This document shows, one piece after another, positions 18,762-28,598 of a stretch of DNA of 64,000 nt. Numbering within the stretch: position 1 is the first letter of the stretch; every line of letters begins with the position of its first letter. The notes under the pieces are model-generated. The model was not told the DNA's origin. It did not search any database and was given only the letters and a program-made list of their open reading frames with translations. The translations under genes and the position numbers were made by a program. Origin of the DNA: Planctomycetota bacterium (GTDB taxonomy: Bacteria > Planctomycetota > JAJSAM01 > JAJVHW01); the NCBI GenBank assembly GCA_965248445.1, contig CBDFJG010000004.1, positions 1,760,001 to 1,824,000 on the forward strand, read 5' to 3'.

Positions 18762-20468
18762 CTACCCGCTCTCCGGCCGCGACTCGGGGGCGTCCAATCG
18801 CGCGATCTCGCGCGCAAGGTAACGCCGCCGCAGCTCACCCCGTTTGACCTTCCCGCTGGACGTCTTCGGAATCTCGCCCCGCCGCACGAAGGCAACGTCG
18901 GCGAGCGGCAGGCCCATGTCCCTCCCGATGCGGCGGCGCACGTCGGCGGTGATCCCGTCGAGGTCCGGCCCGGACTCCGGATCGACCTCGATGACGAGGA
19001 CCGCAGCCTCCGTTCCCGATGCGGCCGGCACCGCGAATGCGCCGGTGCGGCAGGTGCCGCCCCCACCGGACGCCTCCTCGGCATGGCGCTCGAGTTCGGT
19101 CGGCATCACGTTGTCGCCACCGACGATGATCAGGTCCTTGATGCGGCCGGTGAGGTACAGCTCGCCGTCGGCCACGAAGCCGAGATCACCCGTGTGCAGC
19201 CAGCCGTCCCGCACGCACTCGGCAGTTGCCTCCGCATCGTCGTGGTAGCCGGAGAACAGCCCATCACCCCGCGTGCAGACCTCGCCGACCGTCTCCTCGG
19301 GGAGCGCGGAACCGTCCGGTGCGGAGACGCGCACTTCCATCCCGAGCACGGGCGCTCCGCAACTCGCGACGTCGCCGGCCTCGGTCGAACCCTCCGGCGC
19401 CGGTCGCGAGCGCACGCCCTCGCGCCGCTTGTCCATGCTGACGGTGAGCGTCGTCTCGGCCATGCCATACGCCGCCACGAGCGCCGCGCGGTCGAATCCG
19501 AGTGGCGCGAAGCGCTCGCAGAACGCGGCCGAGGTCGCCGGACGGACCATCTCGGCGCCCGTCACGGTCGCAGCCCAATTCGACAGGTCCACGCCCTCGA
19601 GCCGCTTCGCTTCGGCCCGGTCCACCAGAGTCTGGTAGGCGAAGTTCGGCGCGCCGCTGAACACGTGATCCGCCGCCGAGATTGCATGGAGCCACGACTC
19701 GGGCCGGCCGAGGAACGCGCGCTGCGAGTGGAACCAGACGGAGTGCCCCTGCACGAGCGAGAACAAGAGACACCCGACGAGACCCATGTCGTGGTGCAGC
19801 GGCAGCCACGAAACGAGCGCCCCGCCCGCGTCGCGCGTCTGCGGACGCGGCGTGGCGTCCGCAATCGCCTCGGTAGTGGCGACCGCCGCGCGGTGCGAGA
19901 TCGAGACCGCGCGCGGCAGTCCCGTCGAACCGCTCGTGAATTGCAGGAACGCGACGTCCTCACCGGTGCGGCTGACTACGCCGCCTCGCGACACGTCGCG
20001 AGCGGCGAACGCCTCGGAGGTCGTCATGCGCGCTGCCAGCTCGGCCTCGCCGAGCTCCGCCGCGCGCTTCACGGTGAGTTCGCTCGCGACGACGAGCGGC
20101 GGATCCAAGCGCGTGGTGAGCTCTGCGAGGACGCGGAACTGCTGGCCCGACGCCCCCAGCGCACTAGGCGGCGCAACGGCCACCGGATACGCGCCGGCGA
20201 GCAGCGCACCGAACCAGACGTCCAGGAACTCCCACGAGGCCGGCAGGCACACGAACACCGGCCGCCGTTCGTGGTTGACCAGCGAGGCGACGCGCCCGGC
20301 TGCGCGCTTCCAGGTGCGCTGCAGCGCGGCCCACGAGCGCAGCTCGCCTGGGCGGCCCCGGCGGTCGGTGAACAGGATCCCGCGGCCGGGTGACCGCTCC
20401 GCGGTGCGCGCGAGCGCGCCGAGGAGATCGTCGGGGAGGTCGCCCGCGAGGGTCACGACCGTCGACAC
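18762..20468 (-). CDS. Fatty acyl-AMP ligase (FAAL-type adenylation enzyme)
   Basis: FLQFTSGSTG, SWLPLHHDMGLVG, YGMAE, WLHTGDLG, IPKTSSGK; start taken as GTG 20468 just after the upstream gene's stop. Confidence 0.88.
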   Translation of the reverse strand: MSTVVTLAGDLPDDLLGALARTAERSPGRGILFTDRRGRPGELRSWAALQRTWKRAAGRVASLVNHERRPVFVCLPASWEFLDVWFGALLAGAYPVAVAPPSALGASGQQFRVLAELTTRLDPPLVVASELTVKRAAELGEAELAARMTTSEAFAARDVSRGGVVSRTGEDVAFLQFTSGSTGLPRAVSISHRAAVATTEAIADATPRPQTRDAGGALVSWLPLHHDMGLVGCLLFSLVQGHSVWFHSQRAFLGRPESWLHAISAADHVFSGAPNFAYQTLVDRAEAKRLEGVDLSNWAATVTGAEMVRPATSAAFCERFAPLGFDRAALVAAYGMAETTLTVSMDKRREGVRSRPAPEGSTEAGDVASCGAPVLGMEVRVSAPDGSALPEETVGEVCTRGDGLFSGYHDDAEATAECVRDGWLHTGDLGFVADGELYLTGRIKDLIIVGGDNVMPTELERHAEEASGGGGTCRTGAFAVPAASGTEAAVLVIEVDPESGPDLDGITADVRRRIGRDMGLPLADVAFVRRGEIPKTSSGKVKRGELRRRYLAREIARLDAPESRPESG

Positions 20469-20478
20469 TCCACGGGGA

Positions 20479-21306
20479 TCAGCCCTCTTCCGAGACCGCC
20501 TCGGTGAGCGAGGCGTTCTGCCACTCACGCTGGCCCGTCTCGATCGACTTCATGAGCCGCGTACGGCACTCCTCGCGCAGCTGCTCGAAGAAGTCGTCGG
20601 GGGACTCCATCCCGAATTCGTCCGTGTCGGCTTCGAGCGCCTGCAGGATCGGCGGCACGCGCTCGAGCACGTACTCGAGCCGCTCGAGAAGCGTCTCGGA
20701 CATCTCGCCCGCGCTCGCCTCGTTCTCCGCGAACGCCCCCTGAAATCGGTCGGCGAGGAAGATGTGATTGAAGCCGAGGTGTCGGGACTCGTCCTCCAGC
20801 ACGCGTGTGCACGCGTCGTCGAGCACGGGGTCCACGTGTGCGTCGCGGATCTGCTCGAGCGAGCGCTTCGCGAGTACCTCGGAGATGAGCGAGCCGGTGA
20901 GCCACTGCATCGGGTCATCGCACATGATCGCGCTCTGGAACAGGTAGCCCGGGGGGAACCGCCGGATCGACAGGGGCTCGCTGTCGATCCGGCCGTAGTA
21001 CCGCGTGAACAGCTCAACGTGCTTCGACTCGTCCATCAGCATCGAAGTGAGGAAGAACTGCCCCTCGACCTCCGAGGTGCGCCCCAGGATCTGGATGATC
21101 TGCGTGATGGAGTAGAGCGCGGCCTGCTCGCCCATCAAGATGGGGCTGAGCGCGCGTGCGAGCGAGCGGCGGTGGCTGTCCTTCTCGAGCGCGCCCGGCG
21201 CGAACCAGTCGATGTCCGCCGGCGACCAAGTGATCTTGATCGCCTTGTGCCAGAGCTTCATCTGCTTGCGCTGCTTCAGATCGGGAAGCGTCTTGTAGAT
21301 CCGCAT
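20479..21306 (-). CDS. Ferritin-like diiron-carboxylate enzyme
   Basis: E...DESKH...E...DESRH ligand pattern; GGAGG RBS before ATG 21306. Confidence 0.8.
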   Translation of the reverse strand: MRIYKTLPDLKQRKQMKLWHKAIKITWSPADIDWFAPGALEKDSHRRSLARALSPILMGEQAALYSITQIIQILGRTSEVEGQFFLTSMLMDESKHVELFTRYYGRIDSEPLSIRRFPPGYLFQSAIMCDDPMQWLTGSLISEVLAKRSLEQIRDAHVDPVLDDACTRVLEDESRHLGFNHIFLADRFQGAFAENEASAGEMSETLLERLEYVLERVPPILQALEADTDEFGMESPDDFFEQLREECRTRLMKSIETGQREWQNASLTEAVSEEG

Positions 21307-21395
21307 CGCGGCCCTCCGCCGCCCGGTATACCGCCCCGCCCGGGAGGACTTCCCGTTCTGGCGGGGCGAGGCGCCGGGGGCGCTACCCTTCTCCG

Positions 21396-23642
21396 ATGCG
21401 ACTCCTCTCCCTCGCCGCTCTCGCCGTGGTCGGTGCCGTCGCACCTGCCGCCCTCGCCCAGGACACGGCTCCGCGGCACAGGCCGCTGGTCGAACTGTTC
21501 ACCTCACAGGGTTGAAGCAGCTGCCCGAAAGCCGACGAGTTCGTCGGCGAGTTGACGACGCCCGAGTTCCTCGCCGGTGCCACCGTCATCACCTGGCACG
21601 TGGACTACTGGGACTACCTGGGCTACGAGGATCCCTACGGCAAGTCAGAGCACACGCGGCGACAGCAGCTGTACCGAAAGCACCGCGCACCGAAGCACTT
21701 CGGTACACCACAGATCGCGATCGCGAACGAGTTCCTGCCCTGGGAGAAGGGCGCGTACGCGCGGGTTCCGGATCTCATCGCGGAGGCGAAGAAGAACGCG
21801 CCGTCGTTCAACCTCGTCGCGTCCATCGAGCGCGATGAACGAGGCGTCGTCGTCCACGCCGAACTGGATGCGATCGGCGAGCAGAGCACCGACGGTCTGG
21901 TGCTCCGCCCGGTACTGCTGCTGCGCGAGGCGAGGACCGACGTCACTGCAGGTGAGAACGAAGGAAAGACGCTGACGGAGTGGTTCGTGGCGCTGACAAC
22001 GGCCGTCCTGCCGGCGTCGCAAGCCGTCGACGGCGTGGCGAAGTTCCACCTGAAGGACACGACCGCGCACAGTGCGGAGCAGCTCGCAGTCGCCGTGCTT
22101 GTCGAGCGCGTCGACGACCTGCGCACGCTCGACTCGTGGTTCCTCGGCGTTGCTCCGCCGGCCGAGAGGCCCGACCGCGAGCACGACGACCAGCACATGG
22201 AGTCGGCGCTCGCCGCGGCCGGTGACAACGCCGTACAGCTCGAGCGGTTCCTCAAGCACTACGAAGACGACGAACAGAAGAGCACTGCGGCCCGCTGGCT
22301 CGTGGAGAACATGGAGGGCAAGGGCTACGTCGTCACCGAACTGCGCAACGCCAAGGGCGAGACGGTGCCGTTCGACACGCTCTCGTACAAGACGTACGCC
22401 GAATCGCTCTCGGCGATCGAGGCGCTCGAGAAGGAGCACGGCGAACTCGAGTTCGCGCGGGACCGGATCGTCGAGGACCTGGCTACAGTCACCGCGGAGT
22501 TCCTGATTCGCCGTACGGACCAGGCAATCGCAGCGTGGCGTGCGCAGCCGGCATCCCGGCGCGTCGACTTCGACACGTTCCTGAACCACGTCCTCCCCTA
22601 CCGCGGCAGCCAGGAGCCTCTGGACGACTGGATCGGCCCGCTGCGTGAGCGGACGGGTGAGATCGCCGCGGGACTGCCCCAGAACGCCGGGATCGACGAG
22701 CTCTACCGGGCGCTCAACAAGGACGTGAACTCCCGGGTGAAGTTCAACGAGCGCTTCTACCTGCACCCGACGGACCAGAGCTTCGGTGAGATGCTCGAGA
22801 GCGGCCAGGGCCGCTGCGAGGACATCACGAACATGATCACATACGCCGCGCGCAGCGCGGCGCTGGCGACGGCCGCGGACTACACGCCGTGGTGGGCGCA
22901 CCGCGACAACAACCACGCCTGGAACGTGCTCCTCGACCAGAACGGTGTGGGCGCCGACAAGGCGCAGTCCCATGCGGCGAAGATCTACCGCAAGACGTTC
23001 GCCGTCCAGCGGAACGCGCTCGCGTTCCAGCTACCTGAGGGCCGCGAGGCAGCAAACCGGTTCATGGCGAGCACGACGTACGTGGACGTCACCGACCAGT
23101 ACCGCGAGACCAAAGATGTCGGCACGTGGATCATCTCACCCGATCATGCCCTCGAGCGCTTCGCGTACCTCTGCGTGTTCAACGGCGGCGAGTGGAAGGC
23201 GATCCAGTGGGCGCCGGTCCACTACGCGTACGCGAAGTTCGCAAAGATGGGCCGCGACATCCTGTACCTGCCGGCGCTGCACGACGGCGACCGGCTGATC
23301 CCAGCGAACGCACCGCTCACCGTCGACGACGAAGGCGAGCGTTGGCCGCTGGCGGGCAAGGACCCCGGCACGAGCTTGCTCGCTACCTCCACCAAGCCGA
23401 GGCAGAAGAGCGCGGAGACCGGCGAGGTCACGCCCATCTCGCACCTGACCGCGGGCACCGAGTACACGCTGAAGCGGTGGGCTGACGGGGACTGGGTCGA
23501 CGTCGCGACGGTCATCGCCGGCAAGGAACCGCTGCGTTTCGACGACCTGCCGGAGGACGCGCTCTACTGGCTGGTGGCCAAGGACTCACGCAGGCTCGAG
23601 CGCCCGTTCACGATCCAGGAAGGCCGCCAGCGCTTCTGGTAG
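21396..23642 (+). CDS. Probable selenoprotein: signal peptide + DUF1223 thioredoxin-like domain (UxxC) + transglutaminase-like domain
   Basis: MRLLSLAALAVVGAVAPAALAQD...LVELFTSQG[TGA 21513-21515]SSCPKAD is in frame with the 21552 ORF; HVDYWDYLGYEDPY and GENEG motifs; later GRCED...NHAWN. Confidence 0.8.
21531..21548 (+). promoter_or_regulatory. SECIS-like hairpin
   Basis: GCCGACG-AGTT-CGTCGGC, with the loop 22 nt after the in-frame UGA. Confidence 0.65.
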
Positions 23643-23705
23643 CTGACGCGGCGATGCGTGTGCGGGCGAGGGCGAGGGTGGAACCCCGCCCGGAATCGGC
23701 AGGGA

Positions 23706-23939
23706 CTAGCTGGGCCCGCCACCGAAGCCGTCATCGACGCTGCCGGTGACGCTCTCATCTCGCTGGCGCCCGCCGAGCCACAGCCCGGCGCCCACGACAC
23801 CGAACCCGATGCGGATCACCCAGGCGACGGTCTCGCCCCAGTTGTTGATCCACATGAGGAGCCGCAACTCGCGCCCCATCATGTGCCAGATCACCGAGAA
23901 CACCGCCGCGAGCACCATGTACATGCCGATGCGCTGCAC
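23706..23939 (-). CDS. Small membrane protein
   Basis: AGGAGG RBS, GTG start, two hydrophobic helices, LMWINNWGETVAWVIRIG. Confidence 0.7.
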   Translation of the reverse strand: MQRIGMYMVLAAVFSVIWHMMGRELRLLMWINNWGETVAWVIRIGFGVVGAGLWLGGRQRDESVTGSVDDGFGGGPS

Positions 23940-24011
23940 CTGAACCTCCTCGCCCGGACGGGCTCTTCTCTCCTCTACTTCGTCCGAGGGCGGCGGCGCC
24001 CTCAGCGAGGC

Positions 24012-24407
24012 TCAGCCGTCCTGCCGGTCGTCGAGCTGCAGACGCTGCCACTCGCGCTCGCGTCGCAACCCGGTGAACAGCCACACCAGGCCGGGGACTG
24101 CGAGACACGAGAGCGGGATCATGACCAGGCAGTGGACGAACGTGGCGCTGGCCGCATAGCGCCAGCCGCGAAGGCGCGCAATCGCCACGGGAGCGGTCAC
24201 GACTGCTGCGTACGTCCAGACCGCGACGGGCAACCCCAAGACCCACGGATCGCCGTCATCTTGGCGTGCCAACAGCATCGCGACGAACAACAGCGACAGC
24301 ACTCCCGTGAGGCCGAGTAGCGCCAGCACCGAAGTCCACATCGTGTAGCCCCGGCTCAACTGCGGCGGTTCGGGGGCGCCGGAAGTCGAGGACAGATCGT
24401 CGCCCAC
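24012..24407 (-). CDS. Hypothetical membrane protein
   Basis: GGAGGAG RBS before GTG 24407; three hydrophobic segments. Confidence 0.55.
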   Translation of the reverse strand: MGDDLSSTSGAPEPPQLSRGYTMWTSVLALLGLTGVLSLLFVAMLLARQDDGDPWVLGLPVAVWTYAAVVTAPVAIARLRGWRYAASATFVHCLVMIPLSCLAVPGLVWLFTGLRREREWQRLQLDDRQDG

Positions 24408-24437
24408 GCGTCTCGTCTCCTCCGGACAGGCCAACGA

Positions 24438-25664
24438 CTACAGGAAATAGTCGAGGCGTTCGTCGCCGGCGAGGGCGTGTGCGTCGATGTCGTCGTCGCT
24501 CTTGACCAGACCGTCCAGCCACCAGTTGACGTCGTGGTAGAGGCAGGTGACCTCCGCGCACTCGGCCTGGGCGTCGAACGTGGCGAGCTGTCCGGAGAGG
24601 CTCTCGTTCGTCGCGTTCGCCGTGCCGTCGTCCTGGAACGCCTCCTTGCCTGCGATGCGCGCGCGGTCCACGCCGCGATAGGCCGGGCAGTTGTAGAGGC
24701 CGGTCGGCGTGAGCACCTGGCGGAGCGCCTGCATGTGGCACATGTGCGGCTGGTGCGTGAAGTCACGCCAGTTGCCCGCTTCGAGGACGCGCAGGTTGGT
24801 TGACTCGAGCACCTGGAACGTGTCCGTCGCGTACGTCTTGCACTCGTCGACCAGCCCGCGGATGCGCTTCGTCATCGCCGCGAGCTCGTACTGCGCCTTC
24901 TCCGGATCCATGACCTCGGAGCCGGTCTCGCTGCGGACCAGGAACGGTTTGAGCGAGATGTAGTCGAACTGGTGGTCGCGGGCGAGCTTGGTGGCGGTCA
25001 CCATCTCGTGGAAGTTCTCGACGATGTTGACGTCGTCGCGCATGGCGCCCTTCCACACGATGATGAAGCTGAAGCCGTAGCGGAACTTCGGGTTGACGAG
25101 CTTGGTCTTCGGCACCCACTCGCACAGCGACTCGAGCGTGATCGACTTGTTGATCGGCTTGTGCATGCGGATGAATGTGTCGTTCGTGCCGGAGTCGAGG
25201 GACAGGCGCACCCAGTCGCGCTCGTCGAGGCAATCCGCGACCTCGTGGATCTTCTTGCCGCCGCTGCCGTTGGTGACGACCGCGATCTGCAATCCGAGGT
25301 CCTTCATGTAGCGCACCATGCCCACGAAGCCCGGGTACACGGTCGGTTCGCCGCCGCCGATGATGATCACGCTGCGCAGGCCACGGTCGCGCATCTCGCG
25401 CAGCGAGTCGCGCAGGACCTGCTCGTCGTGGTTGTTCTTCGTGTTGAGGATGTCCCAGTCGATGCAGTGATCGCAGCGGTAGTTGCAGGCGGTCGTGAGA
25501 TCGAGGTTGATCGAGATCGGCGCAATGCGCGGCGCCACCGGCGGTGTCTCGCCGGCCGCTTCGGCCCGGCGCACGCCGCGACGCCAGTTCACGTAGTCGA
25601 GAACCAGCGGCAGCACGGCGGGCTGCCGCAGCTTGCCGGTGAAGTCATGGATCGCGTGAGCCAT
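24438..25664 (-). CDS. Radical SAM protein with C-terminal Cys-rich (SPASM/twitch-like) region
   Basis: CNYRCDHC, GGGEP, VTNG, C-terminal C...C...C-x4-C. Confidence 0.9.
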   Translation of the reverse strand: MAHAIHDFTGKLRQPAVLPLVLDYVNWRRGVRRAEAAGETPPVAPRIAPISINLDLTTACNYRCDHCIDWDILNTKNNHDEQVLRDSLREMRDRGLRSVIIIGGGEPTVYPGFVGMVRYMKDLGLQIAVVTNGSGGKKIHEVADCLDERDWVRLSLDSGTNDTFIRMHKPINKSITLESLCEWVPKTKLVNPKFRYGFSFIIVWKGAMRDDVNIVENFHEMVTATKLARDHQFDYISLKPFLVRSETGSEVMDPEKAQYELAAMTKRIRGLVDECKTYATDTFQVLESTNLRVLEAGNWRDFTHQPHMCHMQALRQVLTPTGLYNCPAYRGVDRARIAGKEAFQDDGTANATNESLSGQLATFDAQAECAEVTCLYHDVNWWLDGLVKSDDDIDAHALAGDERLDYFL

Positions 25665-25676
25665 CGAGTCTCCTGC

Positions 25677-26633
25677 CTATCCCGAACGCGCGAACCCGTC
25701 GACCACGTCCATCAGCGCTTGCATGCGCCACGTGATCGACTCGCCCCGCGCGAACTCCGGCCCCGCCGCCTCGCCCCGCACGGCCGCCACGAAGCCGGCC
25801 ACGAGTCCCGCGAGCGGGTCGGGCACCGGCACCGTCCGGCCGTCGTGCTCGAACGACAGCGCGTAGTCCTCCATGCGCACGCGGCGTTCGGCGGACACGC
25901 CGTTCAGCGCATACCCCGCCGGACGCGGCTGCTCGCGCTTTCGGGCGAGCCGCACACGCACCACCGACCCGCCCTCCACCGTGGAGACCCGGAACAGTGC
26001 TTCAAGTCTCCCCGCGTCCTGTGCAACCGTCGAGAAACACAGCCCCTCGATCGGTCCGGAGGGCGCCATCAGCGCCTGCACGAGGCTGAGCGGATGGCTC
26101 ATCGAGTCCGCGATCATCCCGGCGCCGCCGCTGGTGGGAGACAGCCACATCTCGACGTGCCGCACGGGCGCGTCCCTGACCGTCGGGTGCAGCTGACGGT
26201 AAGCCGGCAGCGTGAGCGGCCACTGGACACACTCCCACAGCGGCAGGCCCGCCGCGGCAAACGTGGAGACGTGGTGCGCGGTGCGCACGGCGTCGTCCTC
26301 CGTCCCCCACACGAACGGCTTCTCGCACAGGACCGGCAACCCTGCGGCACAGGCCTCTGTGAGGTACCCATCGTGCGTTGCGGGAGGCGCGGCGATGACC
26401 AGCCCGTCCAGGGGGTGGTCGTCCAAGAGGCTCGCCAGAGACGGATAGCCCGCGGCCTGGATCCCGTGTCCCGCCAGAACCGTTCTGCCCTCGTCGAGAG
26501 TCTCCTGCCGGCTGCCGATGAACGCCGGCACCTCCGCCCCGGCCGCGACCAACCACCTCGCGATGTGCTCGCCGAGCCCCTGTCGTCGGCGGACGACGCC
26601 GACGACACCGATCCGAGGGGCTCGCGCAGTCAT
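25677..26633 (-). CDS. Gfo/Idh/MocA-family oxidoreductase
   Basis: Rossmann-like start, IAAPPATH, VLCEKP, DSMSHPLS. Confidence 0.8.
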   Translation of the reverse strand: MTARAPRIGVVGVVRRRQGLGEHIARWLVAAGAEVPAFIGSRQETLDEGRTVLAGHGIQAAGYPSLASLLDDHPLDGLVIAAPPATHDGYLTEACAAGLPVLCEKPFVWGTEDDAVRTAHHVSTFAAAGLPLWECVQWPLTLPAYRQLHPTVRDAPVRHVEMWLSPTSGGAGMIADSMSHPLSLVQALMAPSGPIEGLCFSTVAQDAGRLEALFRVSTVEGGSVVRVRLARKREQPRPAGYALNGVSAERRVRMEDYALSFEHDGRTVPVPDPLAGLVAGFVAAVRGEAAGPEFARGESITWRMQALMDVVDGFARSG

Positions 26634-26893
26634 GCCGACGACTCCGCGCGCGCAGCAGCGCGTCCTCGCAACCGTGTCGACTTGGGCGGGACGCCAATCG
26701 GGAGGGCGCGCCGGATGCGCAGCAAGCGGCGTGACCGACCTCCTCCGAAGCGGTCGAAGACCGCGGAGGAGGGTGTGATGCGAGCGCCGGGTGGCGCATC
26801 GAGCGCAGCGCGATCGGCGTGCCACCTGGCAGTGAGCCCCTGCCGTCGTCGGACGACACCGACGACTCCGATCCGGGGCGGGCTCGCGGCCAT
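26630..26893 (-). pseudogene. Short ORF beginning with a diverged duplicate of the oxidoreductase N-terminus
   Basis: MAASPPRIGVVGVVRRRQGL versus MTARAPRIGVVGVVRRRQGL; the rest is not similar. Confidence 0.5.
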
Positions 26894-26950
26894 GCGTGCG
26901 GTTGTACCCGACCCCGCGGCCGCTCAGGCCGCGAGCCGGAGGGCCGGCCC

Positions 26951-26985
26951 TTAACTATTTAACTATTTCGCTATATTGTTAAATT
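26951..26985 (+). promoter_or_regulatory. AT-rich promoter/operator of the ArsR-family gene
   Basis: TTAACTATTTAACTATTTCGCTATATTGTTAAATT directly before the ATG; tandem AACTATTT and imperfect dyad. Confidence 0.6.
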
Positions 26986-27306
26986 ATGAAGCAGTCAGCG
27001 CGGGTCTTTCGCGCCCTGGCCGATCCCACGCGGCGGCAGATCCTGCAGGAGCTCGGCGACGACGAGCTCTGCGCGGGGGACATCGTCTCCCGCTTCTCGA
27101 TCTCGGCGCCCGCGGTCTCGCGGCACCTCTCGATCTTGAAGTCCGCCGAACTGATCGACGAGCGGCGCGAGGGCACGCGCATCTACTACCGCGTGATGGC
27201 CGAACGGCTGGCGCACTGCCTCTCCGCGTTCCTCGGATCGGTCTGCCCTACGCAGGTCGGCATTCGGCGCAAGGCGGCGAGGCGAACGAAGGGCAGGCGT
27301 ACATGA
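26986..27306 (+). CDS. ArsR/SmtB-family transcriptional regulator
   Basis: FRALADPTRRQIL, SAPAVSRHLSILK, REGTRIYY. Confidence 0.92.
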   Translation: MKQSARVFRALADPTRRQILQELGDDELCAGDIVSRFSISAPAVSRHLSILKSAELIDERREGTRIYYRVMAERLAHCLSAFLGSVCPTQVGIRRKAARRTKGRRT

Positions 27307-28250
27307 GAGTCGCGATCACGGGCGGGACGGGGTTCGTCGGGGGGCACCTGGCGCGCCGTCTCGTCGCGGAGGGACACGACGTCGTGCTCGTGGCGCGAGG
27401 CGAGGACCGCCGGGACTCGTCGACTGCCGCGTTGCGAGGAGTCACTCTCGCCCGCGCGAGCGTGCTGGACGAGGGCGCGCTCCGCGGTGCGTTCGAGGGC
27501 TGCGACGCCGTCGCACACTGCGCCGGCATCAACCGCGAGATCGGCGCACAGACGTACGAGCGCGTGCACGTCGTGGGAACGCGCAACGTGGTCGCCGCGG
27601 CCGAGGCAGCGGGCGTGCGCCGACTCGCACTCGCGAGCTTCTTGCGGGCGCGACCGGAGTGCGGTTCGGGCTACCACGAGTCGAAATTCGCCGCGGAGGA
27701 GATCGTCCGCGCGAGTTCGCTCGAGTGGACCGTGCTACGCGCCGGGATGATGTACGGCCGTGGCGACCACATGCTCGACCACCTGAGCCACCTCTTCCAC
27801 ACGTGGCCGCTGCTGGCGACGGTCGGGTTGGCGGAGCGCGCAGTACGCCCCCTGGCCGTCGCGGACGCCACGCGCATCTTGTTTGCGGCGCTCGTGGACG
27901 GCCGGCTCCCCCGCCGTACCGTCGCCGCGGTCGGCCCCGACGAACTCACGCTGGCCGAGTCGGTGCGCCGCGTGGCGCGCGTCGTCGGCCGCCCTGCCTG
28001 GATCTTCCCGATGCCCGTCGCGTTCCACACGGCGTTCGCGTGGCTGCTGGAGGCCACGATGACGGTCCCACTCGTGGCGCGCGCGCAGGTGCGCATCCTG
28101 TCCGAGGGCGTCGTGTCGCCGGCGCTTCGCTGCGATCCGCTGCCCGAGGATCTCGTCCCGGACACGCCGTTCACGGACGAGGGGATCCGCGTCGGGTTGC
28201 CTGCGCCGGGACGGTTCGGGCTCTCCGACCTGCGCTGCTGCGCGGCCTGA
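27303..28250 (+). CDS. NAD(P)-dependent epimerase/dehydratase (NDUFA9-like SDR)
   Basis: ITGGTGFVG, YHESK; ATGA overlap with the ArsR gene. Confidence 0.88.
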   Translation: MRVAITGGTGFVGGHLARRLVAEGHDVVLVARGEDRRDSSTAALRGVTLARASVLDEGALRGAFEGCDAVAHCAGINREIGAQTYERVHVVGTRNVVAAAEAAGVRRLALASFLRARPECGSGYHESKFAAEEIVRASSLEWTVLRAGMMYGRGDHMLDHLSHLFHTWPLLATVGLAERAVRPLAVADATRILFAALVDGRLPRRTVAAVGPDELTLAESVRRVARVVGRPAWIFPMPVAFHTAFAWLLEATMTVPLVARAQVRILSEGVVSPALRCDPLPEDLVPDTPFTDEGIRVGLPAPGRFGLSDLRCCAA

Positions 28251-28257
28251 CGCCCAG

Positions 28258-28533
28258 CTAGCCGCGACCGAGCAGCGTCTCGGCCGTCTGGATCGCCACC
28301 TCGTGCTCGGCCGGCGAGACCGCCGGGTCGGCCTCGAGGACGTCGCGCAGCGCGCTTCGCAGTCCCACGATCTCGCGACACAGCCAGTGGGTCACCATGT
28401 CGACGGCGTCGCCTACGCGGGCATCCACGGCGCCTGCACCCACAGCGGCGCGCGCCTCGTGCTGAACGCGAGCAGCCTCCCGCGCACTCTCGCTCCTCCT
28501 CGTGACGTCGGGCGTCTTGACCATCTTGACCAT
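28258..28533 (-). CDS. Hypothetical protein
   Basis: AGGAGG RBS; plausible codon bias. Confidence 0.5.
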   Translation of the reverse strand: MVKMVKTPDVTRRSESAREAARVQHEARAAVGAGAVDARVGDAVDMVTHWLCREIVGLRSALRDVLEADPAVSPAEHEVAIQTAETLLGRG

Positions 28534-28598
28534 GTTGTCCTCCTGCTACCCGGCGGAGCGTACCGACGCGGGGGGACAGGCTCGCGCCGCGGAGCCCT

